From positions 44,770,401 to 44,834,400 of the forward strand of contig CM120641.1 in assembly GCA_051362555.1 (NCBI GenBank): a stretch of 64,000 bases of DNA, in the 5' to 3' direction. Below, piece by piece: positions 25,101 to 41,200 of this stretch. A program made the translations under genes and the position numbers. The first letter of the stretch is position 1. Each line of letters starts with the position of its first letter. The stretch is from Lingula anatina. Taxonomy: Eukaryota; Animalia; Brachiopoda. The notes beneath the pieces are model-generated. The model saw nothing but the letters and a program-made list of their open reading frames with translations, was not told where the DNA came from and did not search any database.

Positions 25101-26434
25101 TAACTTCTAAAATAATGCCCCGATTATGCTGATTTTCGAACTCAACCTACATTTTAGTAAGACTGACCACTCCTGTGAGTTTAATGACAATTGGCCTATC
25201 TGTTTTTCTTATATTGTGTTTACAGTGTTGCATATATGCTGAAAAATGAACAAGACAGCACTGTTCTGAAATGGGTTTATTTCCATTTTTAACACTATTT
25301 AAACATAAAACAAAATAAACAGTTTACTGCAATTTTTATATGATCAACTAAGAAAATTGATGAGATGGGGAAAATATCAAAAGAACAGTGTTAAATGTCC
25401 ATTTTCCTCCGTTCTGAGATTCTGAACAAAGTGAATGATTGAATCTGACAAACTGCAATGATATGAGTTTATTTCCATTTTTGACACTTTATTACACAAT
25501 ACATGATAACAAGTTTACCATCATTTTTACATAATCAACTAACAATGTTGTAAACATGCAGGAAATGTCAAACAAACACTTTTATGTATCTTATTAGTTC
25601 AATAATGAGACTGTTAATATGCCTAAGAGTTGAATTTGAGGAAATGTGAAAAAACAGCATAACTTCTAAAATAATGGCCCAATTATGCTGATTTTCGAAC
25701 TCAACCTGTGTTTTAGTAAGATTGCCCACTCCTGTGAGTTTAATGACAATTGGCCTATCTGTTTTTCTTATATTGTGTTTACAGTGTTGCATATATGCTG
25801 AAAAATGAAAAAACAGCATAACTACTAAAATAGTGGCCCGATCATGCCGATTTATGAACTTGACTTGCGTTTTAGTAAGATTGATTACTCCTGTGAGTTT
25901 CATGACAACAGGCCTAACGGATTTCCTTAAAATGTGTTTACAGGGTTGCATATATGCTGAAAAAAGAAAAAACAGCATAACTTCTACAATAATGGCCCTA
26001 TCATGCTGATTTTCGAACTTGACCTGCGTTTTATGAATATTCATCAGCTCTGTAAATATAAAGCCAAAAAGTAAAACTGTCCTCCACTTATCGTGTTTAC
26101 AAGGAAAGTGCACGGCATCGGCGACGGCATCGGCATCGGCATCGGCGACGACAGACGCAGGTGATGGCAATATGTACAGACACATCTGTGTCTGTACATA
26201 AAAATGTTGAAAGCGCCCACAGCGTGATTTTTGGGCTCCTGATATAAGAGGGTAATACTGTCTTCAAGTTCAAATCCTAGCCAAGGTGGTGTGCAGGATG
26301 CGTATCAAAATGCAACTGCCTTGTTTTATGCAGCAGTATAGGAGAAAAACATTAATGATAAGTCTTAACGTATCAATTTATAACTTACGTTTCATTATAA
26401 TCGCACTGTTCGCAATTCGCCTTAGTGCCGACAT
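17761..26434 (-). CDS. Small single-pass membrane protein, probably a diverged complex I accessory subunit (NDUFA3-like), 86 aa, 4 exons
   Basis: Exons 26389-26434, 21978-22049, 18742-18834 and 17761-17810, all GT-AG and all phase 1, total 261 nt: MSALRRIANSAIIMKQRDTLKDYFYELPALTFSTIVSTAGCIAYYFWKKDMFEDEANYKLKNFKYVRTYTVVRREDVDNPSEPYYN. The pattern ExP + one TM helix + YxVxRxxD recalls NDUFA3. The gene model is strong, while the identity is an inference. Confidence 0.75.
18380..18560. repeat. Degenerate foldback repeat shared with ~8335-8595
   Basis: CAGCTTAACTGAATGACAC...CTCTTGTTTCCAACA is present in both places. There is an internal inverted match GTGTGTCTTTCAGTTAAGCT. Confidence 0.55.
19089..19132. 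repeat. (TA)n microsatellite
   Basis: Direct reading. Confidence 0.9.
19158..21357 (+). mobile_element. Helentron/HINE (pearl-like) non-autonomous element with internal tandem repeats
   Basis: Starts AACAAG with subterminal ATGTACAGACA. Internal ~335-bp then ~160-bp repeat units, a GACGGC microsatellite, and a 3' hairpin TATGTACAGACACA-tc-TGTGTCTGTACATA (21325-21354) followed by an A-run. Confidence 0.8.
23212..23539. mobile_element. Two adjacent Harbinger-like MITEs (family of 11828-12046)
   Basis: Arrangement is TTA(23209-11), full copy, TTA(23426-28), inverted internally deleted copy, TTA(23540-42). Confidence 0.75.
23750..26203 (+). mobile_element. Second copy of the same Helentron/HINE-like element, internally rearranged
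   Basis: Same AACAAG...GCTGTCAAATGTACAGACA start and identical 3' hairpin (26171-26200). There is an extra truncated end module at ~24215-24441 and a duplicated internal block. Confidence 0.8.
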
Positions 26435-26498
26435 CTTGAATTTGGCATTGGAGCATGCGCATTGCCCTGACTTTTACTCCCATCTGACATTATTCAAA
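26435..26498. promoter_or_regulatory. Ultra-compact bidirectional promoter with NRF1-like site GAGCATGCGCA (26451-26461)
   Basis: 64 nt separate the divergent ATGs at 26434 (-) and 26499 (+). The motif is one mismatch from GCGCATGCGCA. A YY1-like CAAGATGTCGGC overlaps the minus-strand start. Confidence 0.7.
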
Positions 26499-28324
26499 AT
26501 GTCAGCCCACAGAGAGGGGCAACGTGAAAATAGTGCTGGTGATTTCTCTAAAATATTTGACCGCGAAGGAAAGCCTTGTAGGGCTTGCACAGACATGCAG
26601 ACTTACAGAAAGATGATGGCACTGAAATTTGGCCAGAATGTTCTGGTAGTTAAATTTTTCATTTATTTTGTAAAGTTGTACACCTTTCGCAACAGCAACA
26701 CTGTTGTTACAGTAACTGCTAGTACAAAAGCACTAGTAACGACCTCATACAGATATCCGATGGTAATTAGGAATGGTGAATCTCTGCTGATTTATAGTGT
26801 TTTTTTTAGGAAAAATTTGAGCTGTTTACAAAAATCTGGTGATCGGATTATTTTATATGAAAGTTATTGAATTTTTGTCTTTATGTATAAAAATCATTGG
26901 GTATATTGATATTACCATTCTTAATGTCTGCATGTATTCATCCTAAAACATAAGTTTCGATCTGCATTTTTTATAATTACATTCAAAATTTGCTGAGTGG
27001 CTCTGTTTGGTAAAAGAAGAAATGCTTGAAAATGCTGCTTACATTACATCCACACACACGTATCTTTGCAATGTCTTCATGATGTTGCGTCATCTTTGGT
27101 TGACATATAAGTTTGTTGCATTTTTATGTGCACATCTGTGCATGTCTTTGGCTGTCACCTAGATCAAGTCATTGAACCTTTAAACCACAGAATACAGCTT
27201 AAAAATATACCATGTCAATCAGGCCCGTAGCCGGGGGGGGGGTCTAAAGAACCGCCCCTTTTGCTGGGAAAAGGTTCACTCTGGGTAAAATTTTATCAAG
27301 GTACATGTAGTTTTTATGGGAAAAGGTCCACTTTTTCAAAAAACGAACCCCCCTTTTGAAATTGCTGGCTACGGGCCTGTCAATTATGTATGAATAAGCA
27401 AAAATGTTCATTAGGCTTGGTAGTAGGATCATAAATGAAAATATCAAACACAAGCTGAAATACTTACATACCATTAGCTTACGGCCAACCTGGACCAAAG
27501 CCTTCATCAGACTGATATGAATAGATGTTGACACTCATTGACTGCTAGTTGGTATAGCAGCAAGGACCCTCTTGCAAATGTCAGGTAACCCCCCCCTCCC
27601 CCATTCATAGGTAGCTGGTGAAGGCTGATGTTGATTGCTTCTCGTATCTTACACGATATTGATTGCTTCTCGTATCAATCAATGGATCGGATGTGATGAA
27701 CAGATCATAAAAAGTCATAAGAAATTTTTTCTTGTTCCTGAAATAAACAGTCCAATAATCATGTTTCTCATGCAACTTACAATGCACTCCAGTCTGACCT
27801 GGTAAAAGTGATATATAGGGGCCCTTCAAAATTTTGGTTGGAGTAGGCATTGGGCTGCCCCTAGGGATGGTTCTTTCTATTCTTATGTTATAACTCTTGG
27901 TATCTCTTTCTACACCATAAATTTAGGGAGTTGAAACTTTAAGAGATTGATAGACCAATCATCAGTGATATGCATGGGCACTTCAGAATTTTTTTGTACT
28001 TTGGGTGGGGCTGTCCCCAGGGATAGATGATTTTGATTTTTGGTATTGTAGTTTCAGCTATTTCCTCCTAAACCATTAGAGCGAGGACCTTCACATTTGA
28101 GGTATCATCAGGGAGTGCATGTGTACTTCAGAATTTTAGTGCATTTTGGGCCTGGGGGTGGATAATTCTGCTTTGTTTACATGAAGCACCGATACTTTTT
28201 CTTATGCTGTTATTATATACTTTTTTTTTTACATTTACATGTAGGACCCAGGCATTGTCATAGATGTCAAGGGTGGAGAAGTGCAGAGGTGTGGGGTGGC
28301 AAACTATCAACACCATTTACTTGC

Positions 28325-28365
<41 letters not shown>

Positions 28366-29354
28366 CAGGCACACAAGCAGGCACATACATCTAAAACAAC
28401 AAATCAGGTCATTGAATCTGAAGAAGTGACAGAAAGAACAGACTGCCCATTGGAAATACATGAACTTGGAAGAAACACTTGGTCATTCTTACATACTATG
28501 GCTGCTTACTATCCAGATAGGCCTACTGAAACACAGAAGGAGGACATGAAAAATTTCATGCATTTGTTTTCAAAATTTTATCCTTGTGGAGAATGTGCAG
28601 AGGATTTGCGTAGACAGTGAGTTATCGTCCAGTGTCCTTTCAGTCTGCAGTTCAACAGACCTTTTCATGCCAAATGATACATGTATCATTTTTTATATAA
28701 ATTGCAAAATACTTGGGAGGTAGATTAACAGTTTTATAGTCCGTATTGTTTGGTTGTGATTGTTGCTGGAAGCTTACTTGTGAAAGAGAGTAAAACCACT
28801 GACAGGGCAGTAACAGTCTAAGTGATTAAATACAGATACATGTCCTGCTTGAAGTGGAACAGCCTAAAATGCATTTTATCAAAATATTATTGATTGTTTC
28901 AGTTCAGTTAAGTACAGCATTACACCTAGGATTAGTTTCACATTATTTAAAGGAGTTCATTTGACTCATAATAATGGGATTTAAAAAAAATTAAGTAGAA
29001 ATACTGATAAGGAGACTGATAATTAAGTATGTTATCTCCTACATTTAGATGTCAATCATGAAGAAGGAAATAGTCAAATGCTTTTGTAAATTGCTTCTTT
29101 TTAACCACTAGAAAAAAATTAAAACTGAAAAGAAATGCTAACATATTCAGGGCTTACATTAATTGTAAATGCTGTATTTTCTTTATTTCAGAATAAAGGA
29201 AAAACCACCTACTACAGAATCCAGACATCAGTTAGCACAGTGGCTTTGTAGGATCCACAATGGAGTGAATGAAAGACTTGGGAAACCAATATTTGATTGT
29301 AGCAAAGTTGATGAAAGGTGGAGAGATGGATGGGAAGATGGAAGCTGTGATTGA
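26499..29354 (+). CDS. GFER: FAD-linked sulfhydryl oxidase ALR/Erv1 (mitochondrial intermembrane-space disulfide relay), 3 exons
   Basis: Exons 26499-26645, 28369-28616 and 29192-29354. Motifs: KPCRAC shuttle, [28 protein letters not shown] redox Cxx[21 protein letters not shown] (CX16C), [11 protein letters not shown]. Confidence 0.97.
27220..27379. mobile_element. MITE with perfect 13-bp TIRs and a 5-bp TSD in GFER intron 1
   Basis: CAGGCCCGTAGCC...GGCTACGGGCCTG, with TCAAT at 27215-27219 and 27380-27384. Confidence 0.85.
28327..28364. repeat. (TTA)n microsatellite abutting the GFER exon 2 acceptor
   Basis: Direct reading. Confidence 0.9.
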
Positions 29355-30500
29355 TGTCTACCTCTAACTGAAATCTTATCACACAAATGTATACTCCTTT
29401 TTGTCCAGTTTAAATCAAGAGAAGACTCAAATTGTGAAAAATAATGGTGGTCATTTTAGTTATGTTGGAAGCAATTTTTTATCTACCTGTTTGAGGAACT
29501 GTCAATAACAGGAAAAAAATTATCATGTTCTAAAATACATAGTGACGTTGCTCAACATGATTGTCAGTAAAATGTTTACTACTACAAATTTTATTGAATG
29601 TTTATTTTGTAAATATTTCATAAATTGGATCTTATTATTAAATATTTTTAAATTAATATAGTGTGTTGTTTTACAGAGATCTTGTTATTTGATTATTTAT
29701 CAGTCATAATTAACAAAACGCACAAAAGTATATTTGAGTTTTATTGCAATACTATGAAAGATTTAACATTTCCTTTCTGTTTTACACATTCATGTCGATC
29801 AAATTTTAGCTATTATCTTCCTTTATTGATTTTAATTAATCAGTAGACTAGCCTTCTGTCTTTTACCAACATGACTAGTTTTTGAAGTCCTCACAGGCAC
29901 TTGATTTAATATCACATTTATTACAGATGACAGAAGACTAATTTCATTCTTTTAGCTTGCCAGCTGTGGCCAAGTTTTACAGTCTGCTCCTTTCAATTCC
30001 TTTGAAATGAGTATAAATAAAAAAAACCAAACACATGTTCACAAGCAAAATTTATAGATAAAGTGGCTTTTTTCATTTTAAGATCATCATGATAGGATAA
30101 CCATTTACAAAATAATGGTCAGTTGAAACTAACAAAAATCAGTAAAATATTTTTTTAACAAAAAAGTCCAGAGGTTATTGATGTAACACCTCTCAATATA
30201 AAAGTGATATTGGTACTACTGTTGTTTATTTAAAACATTTAGTTCTTTTATTAAGTAAGTTTATTTGGCCGTACTGCACCCTTTCCTGACTTTAAAAGTT
30301 TGTTAGTCAGAACATGGGCAACAGTTTTTTCAAACACATACGTAGTTCATTATTATTTGATCCCTACCATATATGTTGGTAAAAAATTATTTATATACAT
30401 ATATAGCTATGCCTGTCCATCAATACAGGAAGCTCTCTAATACACTAGGATCCCGTATAATGAACATTAAAACAAATATTCAATATGACATCATACAAAA

Positions 30501-35869
<5,369 letters not shown>

Positions 35870-36773
35870 CTTTGGGGATGTTTTTGTGCCCTTTGCCCAA
35901 AATTCACTTCAGGTAAATTTAGAAGAAATCTGGATAGAAAAAAAAAATAAATAAAATGTGAGTGATTCACACCATTTCAAATAGTCTAAAAATATATAGT
36001 GGAACTTTAGGCAAACACATATGGCTTCTTTGAAAAGAAATTAAAACCATTAACTTTCTAGCATCCTCACACTTATAACTCTACACTGACTCTTGCCTAA
36101 GAAAATTACTTAAAATTATCTTAATATAATTATAATGGATTTTGCGCCAAATCTAATTTTTCTTGAGATAAAACACAACCATAGCTCGACTCATCCCTGC
36201 ACTTGGATTTGATGTTTTGTATCATTTCTAATGAAATTACTTTATTACTTTTATACATATCATGATCCATTCTGACCGCCACATATTCGGGTAGTCTTCC
36301 TGAACGTCAGAAATAATATCATACCGACATCAGAGATTTTTTTTCTATTTGCGGAGTTTAATTGTAAGGCCTGAACTGGGAGAAATAAGTAACTTTACAA
36401 GTTATGTCGACATAAAAATAGGACTCTGGACCGTTCTAACGCGCAGAACATAACATTAATCTGACCAAAATGGTCTACATCATTAGAAAATACCATCTTG
36501 AAAACATAGTAATTAAGACATGACACATTCCGACTCCACGGTAATTTAAAGTGCAGAGAAATAGTCAAGAAATTCTTTTACATCTTGCTGAATAGATTAA
36601 TTCCATGGTATACAAACCCAGACTACATCGCGTGACTTCTAAATCTGTAATCAACTTAGGCATTGACATGTACTGTAATTAACTCGACCTTAATCTAATT
36701 AACACAAGCAGCATATCTGCTTAACACCAGCAATGTAATAAACCCTAAACTGTTTTGAATAGGTAACACTTAC

Positions 36774-36980
36774 CTTTTACAAAGAGATACTGAAGAGGAT
36801 AATTATGAAAACTACGACATCATGATAAGTCCCTGTACCCGAAATGAGACCCTTGCTGTGAAGTAGCGGCGGTTGCTACGTTGGAGCTTTGTTGTTGCTA
36901 CGATGCAACACAATGGTTGCGCCGGGGCTCGAATTGCGCTAATTGTGACGCGTGAATGTGTTTTCAAAGGGCAACACAAA
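36774..36980 (-). promoter_or_regulatory. Probable non-coding first exon/promoter of ANKEF1 with RFX X-box-like half sites
   Basis: AAG|gtaagt donor at 36773 and an acceptor at 35930 upstream of the ATG. The segment is CpG-rich, with GTTGCTA at ~36872 and GTTGCTACGATGCAAC at 36894-36909. Confidence 0.5.
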
Positions 36981-37735
36981 GCGCATCAAATCACATTTTC
37001 GCAATAGATTGGTTAAGAAAGAAAGTAAAAGGCGGGTCAACGAAACTCTTTACAAAATCGACTGTATTGTTGACTAAGTGCTCTTTTGTTGGTGTTTAAA
37101 AGTAAATACGTCTATATACGGTCTATGATTCGTCTTTAAGAAAGGGCTTCTTTCGACCTGGAGCTGTTTCTGTTAAAATTTCACTGGTGAAAGAGGGGGA
37201 ATAAATTGATAGACTTCTAAATCTGAATGTTTGCCTTTGAATGTCGCGTAATTATGTCTTGTTTTAGGCAGTAGACTATTATTACTTTCAAATTTTTCTT
37301 TTGTTATTGTGATGATTAATTAACTGCTGTGTCGTGGTGTTGATTTTTTTTATACAAAGAGGTGTTCTACATATGCAGGGAGCGCAGCCGAGGAACAAGC
37401 GATGACCTCTTTCATTTTGTAATGTAGTGCAGCCAGGGTACGTCGCTCAAAGGTATAATAACGATATAATGATGATATCCATTATGAGTCTAAAATCCAT
37501 ATTTGTTTGGTTGGTTTTTTCAATGCAACGTAAATAAATAATAATAATAAGAAAAGCAAGTAAAGAGAAGAAAAAATTGATTTAAACAGGAAAATTTGTT
37601 TAAAACAAATAATATTACAGTATTGGACTGGATCTATGAACTGAGAAGATTGCAAAAATCTGACGAAATATATCAAGTCTAGCCCCAGGCTACTACCCCC
37701 CCCCCCAAAAAAAAAAAATAAATTAATTAATTTTT

Positions 37736-37743
37736 ATAATAAC

Positions 37744-37803
<60 letters not shown>

Positions 37804-37810
37804 AATAATA
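37736..37810. repeat. (TAA)n microsatellite
   Basis: Direct reading. Confidence 0.9.
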
Positions 37811-38200
37811 GTTTTTTATTTGGTTAATTCTTTAAAAGTAAAATTGGAAATAGATCTAATGATCAATAGTGAATCAATAATGATCAATAGTGAATCAATA
37901 ATAATCGAACGTCAATAATGATCAATAATGAATAAAAACTAGATAGATAGGGCATAAAAAGTAGACTTCCAAATTTATCCATCAAATTGCACTCAATTTA
38001 CTTTTTATGTTTAAAAACCGATGCGAGATAGGCCTATTCAGCAATGTGTCCTGGTAGGTGGACAGCTGTCGCTCATTGTGGTAGAGAAGACGGCAGCATT
38101 GTGCCGGATGTTAAAAAAACGGGGGTGATGGTCACGATGGATCGGTAGAGCACTGTATAGAAGGTGTTATTTTCACACCGAAATAAATAACAGCATCCAC

Positions 38201-41200
38201 ATGGAGATATTGCATATGATCAGAGATGAACTCAATATTCATCCAGGATGCATACGACTAGTATCGTGCCATAGAGCTGTCTGCTTGGTGAGTGTTTTTA
38301 GATATCATAGCCAATACTTCAGGTCAATGTCAAGGCCAGTTTACAATATCAACAATGAAAAAAAAAATCAGATTTATGATTATAGTGTAAAGTGATTAAA
38401 CCATTCCGTTATGTTCAGCTGTTGTCACTCCATTATATATATGCAAAGAAAATTCATTTCTGTGTGATATATAATTGAAATGATCTTTTTTTAAAACCAT
38501 CGCGTATTGTTATTTGTAATCTACTCTTTTCGTGATGGAGTCAGTTGGTACGAGTAAATTATTAACGTTTACGAACGTTAATTAATTTAAGGTCAACAAT
38601 TTATACAATATTTCTTGGATAATGCCGGTTTTAAAAACTATTAAAACAAGAAAACATGAATTGATTATCTTTAGATTTGAAGTTATTAAATAAAGCTTAT
38701 CCCTGAAATTTGGAAATTTTAAAAAATACAGTGCAATGCCAATTTAATCCTGTAAAATTTTGTCAGTTTATACAGTAACTGGCTACTGTTTCTTCTATAG
38801 GCCATTGGATTCTTTGACAAGAGTATCCTTTTTTTCTGCACAGTCATTATGTGAAAAAGAGTCTTTTGGTTTTGACAATAATGGTATTCAAATGACCCAT
38901 CATACTATCATAATAAATGATTATCTAATATTATCAATGTCAGATGACATTTTGAGTGTTTTAGTAGTCAATTATTATTCAAGCCCCAATGTAACAATCC
39001 AAATTAAACACTTCAGAAGTGTCTTGATTAACAGATATTAATAATAATGAAAATTATTATTAGTTTTATTTTAATATTATTATTTTAATAATGATATTGA
39101 TAATAAATAACCATAATGAAGAAACCAACAACCATTTGTGAAAAAGTCCCACTTTGTCAATAGTGAACATTCTATATTACTTTTACAAAATATTTCATAT
39201 TATTTTTGTATGCACATGGTGGTAAACAATCCTGGTTACTTTTGTTTTAAAGGTCCAAACAGAATGGTTAAAAAAGGCATGCAACAAACACAAAATTCCT
39301 ACAGCCTCCCGATACAACCACAGCCTATCTGAGATTGAATATGAACGACTACTGGCAGCTTCTACAACCGATGTCCCTGAACCGTGGGAGCGGATCAGTG
39401 TAAAGGTCATACAGAAAAGAAATGAAAAAGTAAAATGGTAAGTTATGTGATATTTCAGAATAATATAATTTCATTTATGGTGGCAAAACTTTTCATTTAT
39501 GTACCGATATTGGTTATTTTCAGTTCAGTAGTAAATTAATGCAGTACCAATGGTAGATCTGTGCATGAAAATTGCATGTTATGAAAAAGAAAACGTGCTG
39601 CAAAAGCTACTTTATGGTAGAGTGAAAGTATGAAGTCTTATGATTTATTGTATTTTTCTTTATCAAATTTATTGATAACCCAAATTATTTATAACCCGAA
39701 AGAGAAACTTAAACCATACGTTTTTGCTTTGTTCAATAATTGAAATATGGCAAGAGGAAGTCACTTAATTTGAATGTCATCAAAATAGTACCATGTAAAG
39801 AAGTTATATTTGCATGAACATTATATAAAACCATATTGTATAACAATTATCAAAGGTTGGGGAGATGAGTGATAATAAAGCAAAATATATATATAATCTG
39901 ACTTGGATTGTTATGCCTTAGTGAAGGATAAATAAATGTAAGGACGTGCAGTTTTCTGTTTCTTTCATTTGTATCTTTTTGAATCACTTTGAATAATTGT
40001 AATCATCAGCATGCATCTGTATTACTCATCAGACAGGTGTTGTCAGTAATGTTTGGAATGGTGCTATTGCTTTGCTGGTCAAATGCATATGTTGTGCTCA
40101 TGTTGGTTATATATTTTGCAAAAATATTGATTTTTTATTCAAGCAGAATCACCATCACATTGTGAAATATATTTGACCCATAGTATTTGAAGGGTTTTAT
40201 ACTTTCTTTGAATTTTTCAGCTTTCCTGAGAGTTTTGGACTTCCTCATCTTGAAAATGGGCTGATAGATTCCTTGGCCTATGTGACAGATGAAAACTACA
40301 GACGGTCATGGCAGAATGCATTTGAAAGGTTTGGAAGCTGTGGAAGAAATCTAGAATCATCTACAGCACCTCCTGCAAAGGTATGGCATACATTTTCTCT
40401 GACTCTCTTTTGCAATGAAATCTCAAAACTTTTTGTAGGTGGGGAATTTTGTAAGAATTATGTGTAGTGTGCATTTGCTTCAATTGAAGCTATACAGTTA
40501 AAAAAAAAAAAACTTACAAATGTGCTTAGTATGTTAACTTTAAACTGTATGCCATCCATATTTTATTATTTATCAAAGGATGTTTGATTATTATTATTAT
40601 TATTATTAAATATATATTTTTTAATTTTCAGCCCTTTTGTGATTTTGTTAGAGATGTAATTCAAAGACTTCACAACTGTTCCATCTATCCACTGAAAAGT
40701 TTTGAAAACGGAAGAAGAGAAGGAGTGCCAGAGAAAGAAGAAGAACAAAATGACATCTCTCAACTGGACTCCCCACACCCAAACCTCATCCCCTTGTATT
40801 GTGCGTTTGAATCAGACAGTGCATTTTACCTTTTACAGCCATATATGACTTATTCGCTGCAAGACTGTGTCACTCTCAGTCCTGCCATATTAGGCAACTC
40901 GTATGCCAAACCACTATTCATTGTGTATCAGATCCTCCATGCATTGAGGCACCTTCACAACAAGGGGCTCTCCTTAGGAAACAGAAAACTTCGTGATATT
41001 TTAATCGATAGTAAACTTTGGGTGCAGTGCAGTTATCCTACAATGAAAAGCTTGACAGAAGATGTTCTTTATGAGTGCCAAAAAGATCCAGATGAAATAG
41101 CAGTAAATGCAGAGGGGAAAGAAGTTACCTCTTCAAACTCTTCAACTGTTTTGACAAAAAGGTGCTCAACAATTGAGAATGGCGAAAGAGGGGAGGGAAA

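Noticed and set aside
25568-26185. 205-aa and 121-aa (24179-24544) minus-strand ORFs
   Set aside because: They lie in the tandem units of the HINE-like element, are repetitive, and have no transposase or helicase motifs.
26286-26870. 194-aa ORF as a long GFER isoform
   Set aside because: It starts at a non-ATG codon, overlaps exon 1 of the minus-strand gene and runs on into the intron. Only 26499-26645 resembles Erv1/ALR.
28264-28368. Poly-Leu 'signal peptide' ahead of GFER exon 2 (and poly-Tyr in another frame)
   Set aside because: It is the translation of an intronic (TTA)n microsatellite upstream of the acceptor at 28368.
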